Assembly (NCBI GenBank): GCA_003990765.1
Contig: RBNJ01000181.1
Coordinates: 1 to 37,760 of the forward strand
DNA: 37,760 nucleotides
Direction: 5' to 3'
Source: Jimgerdemannia flammicorona
Lineage: Eukaryota
The translations under genes were made by a program, and so were the position numbers. The notes below the pieces were generated by a model that saw only the letters and a list, made by a program, of their open reading frames with translations, did no database searches and was not told the origin of the DNA. Positions within the stretch are counted from its first letter, which is position 1, and each line of letters begins with the position of its first letter. Below, piece by piece: positions 1 to 13,710 of the stretch.

Positions 1-37
1 CCTCCCCCCCTCCCCAAAAAAAATAAAAATAAAACAG

Positions 38-3000
38 ATGGTAACAACAGACACCCAACAACAACCACCCCTACCCGCCGACCTCTACCACTACCTCTCA
101 ATAGCCCCCTCCTACTTCGCCTACGACCTCACCGACTCCGCCAAGAAGGACATCCTTCGCAATTGCTACAATGCATTCTGGCGCAACGATCAGCAAGTCT
201 TCCGTTTCCTCTTCCCGGATGGATTCGACGAGGCACTGCTCAGCATCGATGCCACAGAGGCGTCCGCGGATGCTGAACTGGTAGACGCGCTCTCTGGGTC
301 GTCCGCTGTGCAGAATGCTGTGTTGGATAATGACGAGAACCTGCCCGAATATTCCGAGACGCATAGAGGGAAGCCGTGTGGACACGTGCTGAGGAAGGGT
401 GAAGGAGTTTATCGGTGCAGGTATTTATTGACGCCGTTATTTGTAGAATAGGTTTGCTTATCGTTAGTGTTGCGGGATATCATTTATCGAGAACTTGGCA
501 AGGCTTCTCCAGGATTGCGTGGAAATTGTTACCATAGTTAACCAAACGTATCTTTTCTGACGCCTTTTTCTTACCCAAACCCAGAAACTGCGGCTTAGAC
601 GACACTTGTGTTTTTTGTGCGCGCTGCTTCCGCGCGACCAACCATGAAGGCCACGACGTCTCCTTCACGATCAGCATCGGCGCGGGCTGCTGCGACTGCG
701 GGGACTCAGAAGCATGGCGGGTCCCGGTCCACTGCAAGTACCACACCGCGGATGCGCACTCAAGCCCGGGGCAATCCCCCGGGCTTCCCAACCTACCCAC
801 AGAGCTGCACTCGTCAATCCGGTCGACGATCGCGACCGTGCTCGACTTCGTCCTCGAAACCTTCGCCGCATCTCCGTCGACCATCGCACCGCCTGCGAGC
901 CGCCTGGCCGTCGAGCTCGAGGCAAGGCAGACCGCACTGATGACTGACCGGGGGCCGATGTTGGAGGAAGGAAGAGAGAAGTATGCATGCGTGTTGTGGA
1001 ATGATGAGAACCATTCATTCGTGCAGGTCATTGAGGTCGTGACAGAGGGGTCGGGGTGTACAGAAAGTGAGGCCGAGCTGATCGCGAAACAGGTCGATAC
1101 GCATGTAGGTGATGCGGTATGGGTTGGGGTCGTGCGAGTGGAGAGAGGGAGGTTGGGAGGGGAGGTTGGGAGGGAAGGAATGAGGGGAACATGATAGTCT
1201 CGGTTGGGTGTTATGATAGAGATGTTTAACACTACCGAACGATCTGCATATAAACTACCCCCCGCGTAACCCAGGGCCGCGAAATTATCGAGATGTCCGA
1301 CGACATCGACCGACTCTTGAACATCGCCCGCGTGGTCTCGCGTGTAGGTCTAGCCGTGACGGTGCGTTCCGCGCGAGACACCTTCCGCGAGCACGTGAGC
1401 GGGATGCTCCTCCTATGGCTCAAGGAACTGACCTGTGGAAAACTCCGGCTCTTCCCTCACTTTGGCGACGGCGTGACCGTCCTGCGCGACATTTTATGCG
1501 CCGAACTCTGCTCCGAATGGCGGCGCGGCGTCTCGAGCGCCGCCGCGAACCGGGGCCCCCGACATGACGACCCCGAGGACGAGGAGATGGCATACACGGA
1601 CGAGGAGACGGCGGGCGACGATGTCGTCATGGAAGAGCGGAGGGAGGAAGAAGAGGCCGCGAGCGAGGGTATCGTAGAGTTAGATCCCGATGTCGATATT
1701 ACTGAGGCCGAGTGGGATGTCGTTAGGGGCGCGGAGGAGGACGACAGGGAGACCTGGCCTGGGGTTTGGGAGGAGCGACAGCGGACTTCTGCGTTACAAT
1801 ATGAAGATTTTAGAAAGAAGTTGAGGCTTGATTGGTTGATGCTGGTGGATAGGAGGTTATGGAAGGAGGTTAGGATTTGTATGCGAGATATGTTCATCGG
1901 AGCGCTGATTATTAAGCAGGAATACAAGAAAATTTTCGGTAGGTCGGGGTCTGTGGTATATGGTGGTGATGATGGTGATTTTAATCGCAAGCAAGGCGTT
2001 GTAGTCACAATGTATGTGATAATTTTAGCCTTACAGCTGACGTGCATTTATCCCAAATCTTTATTAGCCATCCGCTTCGCCCGCAACTACCTCAAGCTTG
2101 CTGACTCCTTTCTCTTTAAAGATCGCGAGCCCGAGCATACGGTCTTCCTCCTTTCCGTTCAAGTCTTCACGGTCCCGAGACTAGCCGCTCTGCTTGTGAA
2201 CCACTACAACTTTTTCGGCACGCTCTGCTCGAGCCTGCGAAACCTCTTCACTTACGACACCGTCATCCCGTCCACCCCACGCTCGCACCTGCGTCGCCCG
2301 ATCAATGTGGAGGTCGGCGCCGGCTTCAAGAACCGCCGATACTTCCAGCTTTTTCACGACCTCCGCTTTGTCCTCAGCTCAGAGTCCGTCAAGCAGAGCA
2401 TCTCACGCCACCCGCGATACCTCGCACAGTATCTCGACTTCGTTGCAGCCTTTCAGGGCATGGACGTCCAGGTCCGCCAGACGGACCAGCACGTTGAGTA
2501 CGAGTCGGAGACTTGGGCCAATGCATTCAACGCCACTGTGCAGCTTGTCAAGTCATGCCGCCAGTTTGCCGAGTGTTTCGGCGATAATCCCGCCGTCCTC
2601 GGATTTGTCATACGAAGGCTCATGAAGAAGCTGAACGACTGGGCAACGCGCAGGCCCGAGGAGGCCGATGCTCGGGGTACCGATGCTGAAGGCGGAAGCG
2701 AGCATGAGTTCCAATTGGTCGAGACGCCGCATGCCGGGGCGCATCGTATCATCAAGTTCGAGGTTTCGGCACAGCCCGTGTCATTCCATCATCCTTTGCA
2801 TTGGCTACTGGCCGAGTTGTTGGAGCATATTGAAGGGTTAGAGGATCAGGTATTGAGGGAGGCGGGATTGGGTAGTTTTAAGCATATGGCCATGGGGTTC
2901 GATGTTACAATCGAGGATATCGATGCGTTGGTGACGAATAATAGGGAGAAGGTGTTGGCCATCCTGGATTACCCGTTGAGAGGTAGGTTTGGAGGGGAGG

Positions 3001-6000
3001 GGAGGGGAGGGAGGGAAGGGCGCTGATTTTGTGTTGAAGGGAAAACGGTGATGTGTGGGTAATTGCATGAATCTTAACTTTTTTATTTTTTATAGCGGTC
3101 GTTCTTTTAGCCCAGATGCGAGCAGGTGTGTGGGTTAGGAATGGTTATAGCGCTCGGAGCCAGGTAAGCTTCGTACAAACGACATTTATATTTTGTGAAT
3201 CGGAATACATCTACTATATCAGTGACTCTAATCGATAAATTATAATCCCGACACCATTTCCAGGCGCATCACTACCGCGAAGTTTCTGTTCGCGAATACA
3301 CTTATGATGCAGATCTCCTCATCCTGCAAACGGGCTTGGTCCTCTTGGACATGGACCTATTCCTACTTACTATCCTGGACCGGTTCCAGCTGCTGGGATG
3401 GTTCAGCGGCAAGACCCACAAGGTATACGACACGGCGCAGACCGTCTACATGATTGAGGAATTGCTGGACGTCCTGATCGTGTGTGCAAACGAGCGCGCA
3501 ATCCTCACCGGCGTGACCCTCGAGGACCGCATCAGGCGGGAGATCATCCATGGACTCTGCCTCTCCCCCCTTGCCTACTCCGAGCTTGCAAAGCGCATCC
3601 CAGAACGTCTTTGCGAGAACCCAAAGTACGATCAGCTGCTGTCAGAGCTTGCGAATTTCAGGGCCCCTGAGGGGTTGCATGACCATGGCGTGTATGAGTT
3701 GAAAGAGCAGTACTACGATGACGTCGATCCGTACTTCTTCCATTACACGCGGAATAATCGTGCCGAGGCTGAACAGGTGCTCAAGAGTCGGTGGAAGAAG
3801 CACGGAGACTCGAGGACGTTTCTGGTACCGAGGCCGTTGCCGATCACGAAGGGCCCGTTCGTGAAGCTGGGTAACGTGCTGCACGCCAGGGTGATGATAC
3901 AGGTAATCACACACGCGCTGTGGAACGTGAAGGGCGACCGCAAGATGAACAACGACCTGATCATCGACGAAGCCCTCTACCTAATTATGCTCGCCCTAGT
4001 CGACGAGAACAACGACTACACCCCTAAGGCTAGCAAAGGCAAGGGCAAGCAGAAGGAAACCTCCGCGTCTCCCGCCATGCTCGACCTCGCTGAGCAAGCC
4101 GACGGCACCCCCGGTTTCGTCCACCACGCCACGTTCGACGACTACGCTGTGGCGGGCGAGCTGGAGCGTGAGCACGTCACATTGCTCAAAGTACTGCTGC
4201 GCTACCTGGATGACGAGCACTGGAAAGAGATCCACGACAAGCTTGAATGGATTGTCGGCAGAATCTACGAGCTCGGATCGACTGTCGCTAAGGTCGCTGT
4301 GGACGAGTTCCGATGGCGCAAGGCCAACCCTTCGCTCGTGGTCAACCCCGCCGAGCCGGCGGCGGATTCGTCCGGAATGACGGAAACCGAGCGGAAGAAA
4401 CAGCTGGCGAAGGAAAGCAAGGAGAAGATGTTGGCGATGTTTGCGCAGGCGAGGGAGAAGTTCGAGGAGAATAATGGCGATCTTGAGGATACGGACGACG
4501 ACGACGAGGAGGAGTTGTTGATGGAGCGGGAAACAGAGGCAGAGGGTCGCGCCGACGACGGGGTCATGGAGCAACTGCTGAAGGAGACTAGGAATATATG
4601 GCGATTCCCAACGGGTACATGCATCGTATGCCAGGAAGAGACTGACCAGCGGGAGTTGTACGGCATGCTATGCCTCGTCCAGCCATCTAGCATGCTCAGG
4701 CTGACCCCGCTCAAGGATGGCGGCGTGGAATTTTTGAAGGAGGTCTTGGGGACGCCGGAGACTTTGGATGTCACCGTCCCGCTCGCGCATATAACCAAGG
4801 GATTCCAGCCTAATTCACATGTGCGCGGGCCGTATATCTCGACGTGTGGACATTTGATGCACGCGCATTGCTTTGATACGTATGCCAAGTCATTGGAGGC
4901 AAGGCAGCAGGCGTATCCGAGTCGAAATCATCCAGAGAATCTCGAGCAGAGGGAGTTCTTGTGCCCGCTGTGCAAGTCGCTAGGGAACATCATGCTGCCG
5001 ATCCAGTGGAAAACAAAGATGGAGACCTTCCCGGGAGTGCTGGTCGAATCCGGTGTCGACGACTTCCAAAGGTGGTTAGAGAGCGGAGTCGATGCGGCGG
5101 CTGCGAGGTTGCAGATGGACGCGGGCGCGAGGTCCGATCCTGGCATGCCGGAAAGGAGGAGCAACAGCATACTCGCCAATGCCGCGGGTGCCTTTTCCCA
5201 GTTTGTGCGGAGGCCGTTCGGGTCGGGATCGACGGACCGCCGCGATACCATGCCGGGGAGCCTGGCGAATGCGGAACCCGAGTACGTCAGGTTCGAGCTG
5301 ACCAGGCCCGAGGGTTCAGCGGACGAGCAGGATGACACCGCCATCGTGCCGCTCGTGGGTGGGGAGCCGCTGGTGATCTCGCTGGACGCTCCGAGGACGA
5401 TGGAAATCTATGACCGGATCACGGAAGTGCTGCGGATGGTGTGCGACCAACTCTGGACGCAGGAGGATCGGACCCTGCGTGAGACGTCCGCCATCAAGCA
5501 CGTCGATTTGCTTTGGGAGGCGTTCGGGTACACCATTTCATGCGTCGAGATCGCGCACCGTGGGATGGGGGGTACGGGCGAGTTTGGTGAGATTGCCGGC
5601 CGCGGGACGTTGGTGGACACGATCCCCGAGGCTACGTTGACGCTCCTCCGCATGCTCTCGGAGACCACCATGACGTACTACAGCATCGTGGCCATGGGCA
5701 CGGGCATGGAGTGGGCGCGCAAGTTACGCCAGTTGACGGTGGAGCGGTTGCGGCAGCTGTTTTACGACAACATGGCGATGCGGCAGCTGGACATCGGGCC
5801 GCAGAACCTGTTTTTTGCTGCTATCCGTAACAGGAAACTCAAACCGTTGCTCAAGGATGATCCGTTCCACGTCCTTGTCGAATGCTCAATGTACATGGCC
5901 CCAACCCTCGGCTTCAAGACTCACCACCTTATGAGGCTCATGTACTTGGCCGAGGTCGTTAAAACCACAATCGCCCTCGTCCAGGCCCTGGGCAGCGACA

Positions 6001-7202
6001 TCGACCAAGCAGATCGCAACGTCCTGCAGACAGCGCGTGCCAGCCTATTGCAACAGCAGTACCCGATGGACATGGAGTCCGTCGAGGCCCTTCACGAGTT
6101 TATCGAGTCCGTAGTGCTTGGCCTTAACCTCCCGGTCCATATCGTTGCGCGCTTCCTCGACGTCTCAGGCGACCAGCTCTTCGCCCGCCTCCTGCGTGCT
6201 TACCTCCTCCCCTTCCTACGCAAGTGCACTATCTTCCTCCATGCCAGGTTTGGCGTCACCCCCCAGCCCGGCGCAGAGGGAGGCATCTCACGCGACGGGA
6301 ACGAGTTCGACCGTCTCCGCGAGTTTCTGCGCCTGCCTAGCTTCGACGAACTGTTCATCTCATCTTCACATCGGACCCCGAACGCCTTCGGCCCCGTTAT
6401 CGCTGGTTGGTTGCACCACTTGCGTGACCATGCCGCATCCTTAACCGAGGACATCGCCGAACTAGAGTCGGAGTCTGCGCTATCCACATCCGTCTCACTA
6501 GGCCCCGTCAGGATTCCCCTCAATCACCCGGCCATTTTTAGCCTCATCGAGCTCCCACAGCGGCTCGAAACACTGTTCGAGGAGAGCCTGAGACGCCTAT
6601 GCCGGAAGTGCGGGCAGGTACCCCATGAACCTGCCATGTGTTTGATGTGCGGGACATTTGTGTGCTACCAGAGTTTCTGCTGTACCGAGAATGATATGGG
6701 CGAGTGTAATCAACATAGAGTCCGGTATGTGTCGCGTTTGTGTCTATGGGCGATAAGGGAATGGAAATAAGTTTTGAGAGTTTTTGGATTCGACATTGCA
6801 ATTGACCTATCTTTGTGTGACTCGACCATCCAGCTGTGGCGGCGAAGTCGGCATCTACTTTGTGGTCAAGAAATGCATCATTCTGTTGCTTTACAAGGAT
6901 AGGGGCAGTTTCGTGAACCCACCCTATCTCGATGCCCACGGCGAAGTCGATATCCATTTCAAGTGAGTGATACTTTCCCATTTTTTGACTTATGCATCCA
7001 ATCCATATGGCCTCTTTCGCTGACCGTTTTGTCTCGTTTCATTACCATGCTTCACCTTCATTCCAGACGCGGTCGGCCGCAATTCCTATACGTCCGGCGT
7101 TATCACGAGCTCCGCCGGCTCTGGCTGTCGCAGGGAATCCCCGTGTACGTGATGCGGAAGCTAGAGCAGACGTTCGACACGGGCGGATGGGACACCATGT
7201 GA
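38..7202 (+). CDS. UBR1: UBR1/UBR2-family N-end rule E3 ubiquitin ligase (N-recognin); join(38..420,585..1104,1275..1938,2068..2982,3096..3163,3264..6724,6834..6962,7067..7202), 6276 nt, ~2091 aa
   Basis: All 7 introns are GT..AG and the exons join in frame. Domains in the expected order: UBR box ([45 protein letters not shown]..HCKYH), ClpS-like domain (VLWNDENHSF..AKQVDTHGR), SFHHPLHW, AGVWVRNG, REIIHGLC winged helix, RING (CIVCQE..TCGHLMHAHCF..EFLCPLCK), C-terminal Cys-rich domain (CRKC..CLMCG..CC..CNQH..CGGEVGI..PYLDAHGE). The ATG at 38 follows 'aaacag', a possible splice acceptor, so an upstream exon outside the window cannot be excluded. Confidence 0.96.
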
Positions 7203-8028
7203 TGGTTTGCAGTGCTTGGATTGACGTTTGGCGGTTGCACGTACGGTCTTGTTTTTCTTGGTTTCCCTATGATCTTACCGATCGCTCTTACCGGTGTGAA
7301 GCGTTGTCTTGGAAATCTCGATTGCATTTATTTCTCCACGTTCTTGTCGATGCCTACAATTTTGTTTTTTTCATCATATATTTCATTATTTGTTAATTAC
7401 TTGTTGGCATGATCCCAAAATTAAATCACTTAATAAAGTTCCTGTATTTCTTGATGAACAGAAAGCGATATGATTTCATGCCTCCCAACGAATGCAGTAT
7501 TACAACAGCAATCGCGAATGGTCTTCCCCAAGCGCACATCAACGACGGCACTCTAAAAAAAATACTGTCCATTCACCTTTCTGTCGTAATTAAATGAGTC
7601 TTGGGCACGAAAATAACGTCATACAGTCAGTCACCTTCGAAGCGCACATCCCCATTGCTCTCTGCGAAACTCGAACTTGTCTTGCCACTGGACGTTTCAA
7701 CAAACGTTCAAGGAAGTTTGGCATCACTGGTGTCAGGCGCCTGCCTCAACGTGCGATGCCTTTCTGTCATGGCTGTTCGTACCCTTTGTGAGAAGAACGC
7801 GGTCAGATCCGTTAGCTCCGCCTTAACGTGTGCATGGTAAATCCAATGGGTTTACTTGGACAGTCAGATCACGTTCAACATTGGTTGAGAGTTGAACCCA
7901 ATCCACATGATTTCCCCTTTTCCCATTCCATTGATATGTTATTCGGTTTCTGTTAACGATATGTCTCTGCCCAACCGTTGATATTGTTTACTCGCCCTTT
8001 TAATATTTGCGAAGATGTGGTACCAGTT

Positions 8029-8333
8029 TTCAATTCGGCGGCGCGGTATCCTTCACTGACGGCTGGATTGTATGGTTTCCTTCCTCGTCTTCACTGACGG
8101 TTTCAATTCGGCGGCGCGATTCCCTTCGACGGCTGGCGTGCGGTTTCCTTCATCTTCGCTAACAGCTTCAATTCAGCGGTGCATGCAATTTCTTTCTTCA
8201 TTTTTCACTGACGGTGCGGGCGTACCTTCGGTTCGTGCATGTTGTTTCTTTCAATTCGGCGGCGCATGCGGTTTCTTTCCTCATCTTCACTGACGGTGGC
8301 GCGAGCGTATATACCTTCGGTTCGTGTGTGCGG
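8029..8333. repeat. Imperfect tandem repeat built from TTCAATTCGGCGGCGC and TCTTCACTGACGG modules (~4 units)
   Basis: ttcaattc(g/a)gcgg recurs near 8029, 8102, 8167 and 8240; ttcactgacgg recurs near 8052, 8090, 8204 and 8286. Confidence 0.75.
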
Positions 8334-9357
8334 TTGATATGTAATTTATTAGAATTAGGTTTCTTGTTAATATGTGAATATCCGTAGAATATCCACTCAA
8401 TATTGGTGAGATTTGAACATGTCTAGCATATTTATATATGAGTGAATTTTGTGTGAATATCCGTAAAATGCCCACTTATGAAAAATATCCAAAGGCTTGT
8501 GCACAAATTACAGCCTTCAATAGTAATGGCATCGTCTTGTTCTTATCTCGATAGCATGCATTAGCGTCTTAGGCGGGTGCTTTGGATTAAGAATAGCCGA
8601 ATATTCGACTTGACACCTCAACTACCCAAAAGTCCTCGTCCTACTGCTTGACATCATTTCCTGGGCATTTGTTTGTCTCTCAGCCATGTTTGTACGGACG
8701 GCTGAAGGTATACGTTTCAATATACACATAGGATAGCTGTTTTTCTCGGCCATCATCATATATTCGATAAACTTATCCTCACTTTCTCATTTGAAAATAG
8801 GAAATGCGATGGCGTGTGAACTTATAGCTATTTTATGCGACTTGCTCTGTTCAATGAGCAAGACGGTCATGTTTCTATGGTTTCCGCGGCTTTTTCCGGC
8901 CTCTGTGAGTACACAGTATATATATATCTAATATATGAATCGCGAATTTCCAGGTTGATTGAGCAAGACTAATCGCATGAAGAATGCCCTATACATCATC
9001 CATATTTGTTTATTGATCCCGCACATTACTGCGGTCGCAATAGCCGTGAGTAGGAACCCTTCTCCCTCTACCTGAATGCAGATTAATCGTTATTCAAGTT
9101 CTCTAGATTGTTAACCGGATCAGCTATATCGATTCGGATGGACATTGCAGGATCGGATCACCACAATCCACTGTATTCGTTCCCCTTATGATGAGAAAAT
9201 GCGATCCATGGAGTTGCAAAGAATATAAATCCGTATTATATACGCTGAAGTTAACAGATAAATTCCTTACAATTCATCACAGATATATGACAGTAGGTAT
9301 CGACATATGAACACCTCGCAATTCAACGTCAACTCTGGAATATATCATAATGCTCAT

Positions 9358-9360
<3 letters not shown>

Positions 9361-9399
<39 letters not shown>
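9361..9399. repeat. Poly-T tract (39 nt)
   Basis: Read directly from the sequence. Confidence 0.95.
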
Positions 9400-9400
<1 letters not shown>

Positions 9401-9760
9401 TCAAAGTTGTTCGGCAGTTACATCACCTTCTTATTCGTTCGGCGGCTAATATTCAATTCTGACCTGTACCGTGTTGTCAAACGAACCCTTGACGCCACCT
9501 TCATCTGCATTGACGTCTCTGGGGTCAATCTTTTTGTCATGGATTTGGTGGGCCACGACCTAGAGTAGGGCATGGTTTGCCTCACAGTCTGCTCGGCCGA
9601 CCTTTCGGTGAACGTGGTTTCGGTCCATTGGGTATATTTGAAATCTCTATTTCTGTCGTTCGTCTGAAGTCGGAACGATGTTCATTGCTGTACTGATCAC
9701 TATCTCAATAGGGAAAGCGAGTCTCCATCGCTACCAACATCGCTACCATAAAGGGGGATA

Positions 9761-10287
9761 CCTTATAGCACCACTCTTTTTTTCCCCTCAACCCGATTTT
9801 TTCCACCACTGGATTTTTTCAGAGGATGCACCAATTGCATCCTTTCCTCACCTCTGGACCCCTTCCTCTCCCCCAAACGGCCATGTGCCATCCCATCCAT
9901 ATTGACAATGACAGTAACGATGACAATGGTGACAACAGCAACGATGTTTATCCATACATAATCGTTTATTTATCCATTGTGAAATCCAGATCGGATATTG
10001 TGAGCGAAAAGATGTGTTATTTAAACTTCCAAGGACTGATATTGGGGTCAGAAGTTTGCTCCATTGTGTTGAAGTTCAAATAAGTATGTATATATGAAAA
10101 AGAAAAAAAGACGCGCGAACGCGTCCATGCATTATATCAACAAAGATAGAGATGATCCCAGAGGTGCAGAGGTGGGCGATCCACAAAGACAAAGGACATG
10201 ATTGGTGTGGTAAAAACTCGTCTTCTGCAAAAATCCAGTGGCGGAAAAAAATCGGGTTGAGGGAAAAAAAACGGTGGTGCTATAAGG
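9761..10287. mobile_element. MITE-like non-autonomous element (~527 bp) with ~66-bp terminal inverted repeats
   Basis: 9761-9826 (CCTTATAGCACCACTCTTTTTTTCCCCTCAACCCGATTTTTTCCACCACTGGATTTTTTCAGAGGA) is the near-perfect reverse complement of 10221-10287 (TCTTCTGCAAAAATCCAGTGGCGGAAAAAAATCGGGTTGAGGGAAAAAAAACGGTGGTGCTATAAGG). No convincing internal ORF and no clear TSD. Confidence 0.75.
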
Positions 10288-11352
10288 AATCGAATCTACA
10301 AGGAAACGGAATTGAGTGTCGCGAGTAGATGCGCGTTGTCGGCCCTTCCACTCCTGTGAGATTAATTGCAACATAATTAACATAATTCAATTTTGTTGCC
10401 AAACATAAAACACACGGAACCCCCCCCCCCACGGAAAAAGTTCTATACACCCCAGCACTGGCCGGTGTTGTGTGCCCAGTATCTCGACAATTGGTGGCCA
10501 ACGTCTTTATGACCGATACCTCGACACTGGTGATTAGTAGCAGACGCCAACTTATCTATAGCTACTTGGCCATCTTGCTAATAGCGATGAAAGTGGTCAA
10601 TTGATTTCGCTGTTTTACGGCATGTGATCGCTTCTACGATAGCAAACAATGTATGCGCGAAGCCTTCGTTCGGCTTCCTCTCCGTTTTTCTTTATCGGTT
10701 GATTTTAGGTATTCGGCACAAACACCCTAGTTAAATGAGAGAATAATAACAATTCAGTTCGGTATGCTGGAATATCACAATGCCTTGACAACCCGAAAGC
10801 TTTCAATGTGTCCAGCATAACCTTCCGTCACAAAATGCACAGATTTGATAACCCCGACATCTTTTAGTGTATATTGAGGATTTCATAGTTACAGAGACAG
10901 GCATACTGAGAGAATGAATGTAACGGCCGATGAGCCCTTGAAGACAGAGGAGGATGGTCTGAACGGCTAATGCTCTCAAACCTGCTATAATTTATCCGTT
11001 ACGGAGAGTTATAAAGCCAAACAGAAAGAGAGAGACGGTCAGAACTGCCGCTGCGCCCAATAAGGAGCGGTCGTTGCTTATTGCCCGTATTTGAATTATC
11101 TGGTTGTGCCGAATTTTGCTAATTAATACTATAAATTCACATAAGGGCACAACATGATCACAATGAGAGGCCTTGAGAGAATAAAGCCGTATAGCTTTAT
11201 AGTGTTTTGTGCGCCTTTCTATGATCGTGCTGTTTTTTATTTATCTCACCAGAGTTCCACAAGTGTAACTGGAAAAGGACTAAGGGCGAAATTGTCAAAC
11301 ACAAGCACGAATATTTGACTTGCTACACACCAACACATCCACCCTCACAAAC

Positions 11353-13710
11353 ATGCAAATATCCTTGATAAAGGATACCAACACTGACTACTCCAAAGAG
11401 ATCAGGGTCTTGGTCCACGTTTCCGCCGTCGACGATGAGCAGGCGGATCTCATTTATAGCCATTCCTTCGACCTTCGACGTCTCGAAGCTGGTCGACACA
11501 TCGCTGTAGAAGTCTTCGACAAGGAACCCAAGTCAACGGAACTCAGAAAATACGGCAAAAAGTTATTCTACGCACTATTTTCGGAAAATACATCCAGTAA
11601 CGCATCGAGTTTACTACAGGATATATTGCAGCCTCACTCAAAGGGTCGGATCCTCCTTGAGCTCAACGGCGATCCTGATCTTGACTTCATCCCCTGGGAG
11701 TACGCATGGGGCAACCACTCTTTTCTAGTCCACCAATGCGCATTTTCTCGCATGTACAATACGATTCCTAACCGCTCGAATCGAGATCGAAGTCAGAAAT
11801 TTGTGAGTTTTTTTTTTGATTTCCCTATCGAACTCAACCGCACCAGACCACTTTGGACAATCAGAAGGAGCTTCAGCAGGGAAAGCTTCCTCTTCGCATT
11901 GTCGTAATTATACCAGACCCCGTTATCTCACCCGATCGTCCTGACGCCAACCTTCCGGATTTGCACTTAAACGATCAATACCAGAACTTCATCAACGGAT
12001 ACTACGCCGACAACAAAAAGGTAATTTTGGAGCATGTGTCCCCACCTACTGTCAATCGAATGGACGCGTTGCTCATGAACATGCCCGAGACCGCTACCGC
12101 GCTTCATTTCATGGGACACTGCGTGGAGAGCAATGGCAATACAAGGACTCTCGTTTTCGAACATAACGAGACTGGCGAACCCGAATACGTCGATACCTCA
12201 CGTCTCGTAAGTGTGACGAAGAATATAAGGCTCGCATTTTTGTCTGCCTGCAATACTCGTGACGTTGCCCGCCTCCTGTTGGAACACGGCGTTCCATATT
12301 CCATTGGTTCGTACTGCTCCTTGCCAGACGATCTCGCTCGCAAATTCGAATCAAAGTTTTACCAGCTCCTTGCCGACGGTTTCACGGTCGAGATGGCAAT
12401 GTGGAGAGCGCGGGTATTCCTCCAGGATCGTGGCGACTCCCGGCTGCGCGACTATCTTCCTGGTGCCATGGTGCTCTACTCTTCCGCGTTTCAAGATGAC
12501 GGAGCATTCAAGTGCGAGGAGGGCGTGCCCACAGTCATACATCACTTGCCCCCCAACAACCTCGAGGTAATCCCCACCACGTCGAGTTTTCGCGGGCGCA
12601 AGAAGGAGCTACTCGAATTGGACGCCGTTTTGCGGCGAATGGCAAATCGCAGGACGCAGTCGTCACTCGTGTGCACCATTGAAGGCATCAGGGGCCAGGG
12701 TAAGACGGCATTTGCCATGGAGGCAATGAGACGGATGGCGCATCTTTTCCCCGGTGGGATCTTCGTATGGCAGTTCGGTCACATGGTGATATCATTCATT
12801 GAATATCTTTGGCGTCTTGCCGAGGTCATATTCACTGATGAAGTTCAGTCGCGATTGAAGATCCGGAGTAGCAGCGATGTTGACATTCAGCGTTTGGGAT
12901 CAGCCATCATTAAAGAGTTTATGCATCATCCGGCGTGTTTGCTGCTCCTTGATCACATTGATACCTTGAAGCTGGTGACCAGGAAGCTGTGAAGTTGGCA
13001 GCATGGCTTCGGGAAATTTTATCGACATCAAATATCGCAGTCAGAATTCTTGCAACGTCAAGTGAGCCTCTGGGATGGACGGGTGAGATGAGGTTGCGTC
13101 TCGATGGTTTGGACATTGACAGTGGCGTCGAGTTGTTCATTCGAAATCTCGACGTTGAAGTGAGACAGAGGATGAAAGAGGATGAAAATTCCGCGCAATT
13201 GATGCCTGACCTCGTCAGGCTCGTAGACGGGCATCCGTTGTGCCTAATATCCCTTTCCCAAACGGTCTCACTACCACAATATTCCGATACGTCGCTTGAG
13301 AAACTCGTACAAGATCACTGCTGTACATTACTAGCGAAGGGTTCCAGTAATACAAACCTCGGCACTCTTTTCCAATCAACGATCGACACGCTCCCACTGC
13401 TGGAGTGCCAATTTCTGTATATGTGTTCTCTCTTTACCGGACCGATTACAGAAAGAGTGCTCGACTTCGTCCATTATTTCGTCGAGTGCGTCGACACATC
13501 CGAAAGAGGGTTCGATTCAAGTGAAAAAATTGCGGCAAACCTACAATAATATACCATCGGGGATTGTTGTCTAAACATGACAAAGAATACAGGATGCAGT
13601 TCGCTCTTAGGGAAGGCGCGAGACTTTGTAATTCTATGTTGAAATTCCGCCTGCGTTTGCCGATCCCTGGCTTGCTTAATGACACATTTGTAATTGGGAT
13701 GGTCCACATG
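11353..13710 (+). pseudogene. CHAT (caspase-HetF) protease fused to an NB-ARC-type STAND NTPase (NLR-like), frameshifted
   Basis: ATG 11353; a 44-nt GT..AG intron at 11803-11846 joins the first two ORFs in frame. CHAT motifs: LDFIPWEY, ALHFMGHC (catalytic His region), LAFLSACNT (catalytic Cys). NTPase motifs: FRGRKKEL, Walker A EGIRGQGKT, Walker B LLLLDHID, ILATSSEPL, DGHPLCL, and winged-helix RGLL..YRMQFALRE. Frameshifts at ~12965 and ~13548. Confidence 0.85.

Noticed and set aside
98..7412. Many antisense and alternate-frame ORFs over UBR1 (e.g. 480..1232-, 1457..2047-, 3996..4574-, 4265..4888-)
   Set aside because: Shadow ORFs of a GC-rich coding gene with no recognisable motifs.
7409..7900. 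Short ORFs downstream of UBR1
   Set aside because: No motifs or consistent splice structure; cannot be supported as a gene.
8029..8333. Possible CRISPR-like repeat-spacer array
   Set aside because: Repeats are degenerate, the spacers are themselves repetitive and of uneven length, the context is eukaryotic and there are no cas genes.
9350..9568. ORF with a poly-Phe run
   Set aside because: Artifact of the T39 homopolymer.
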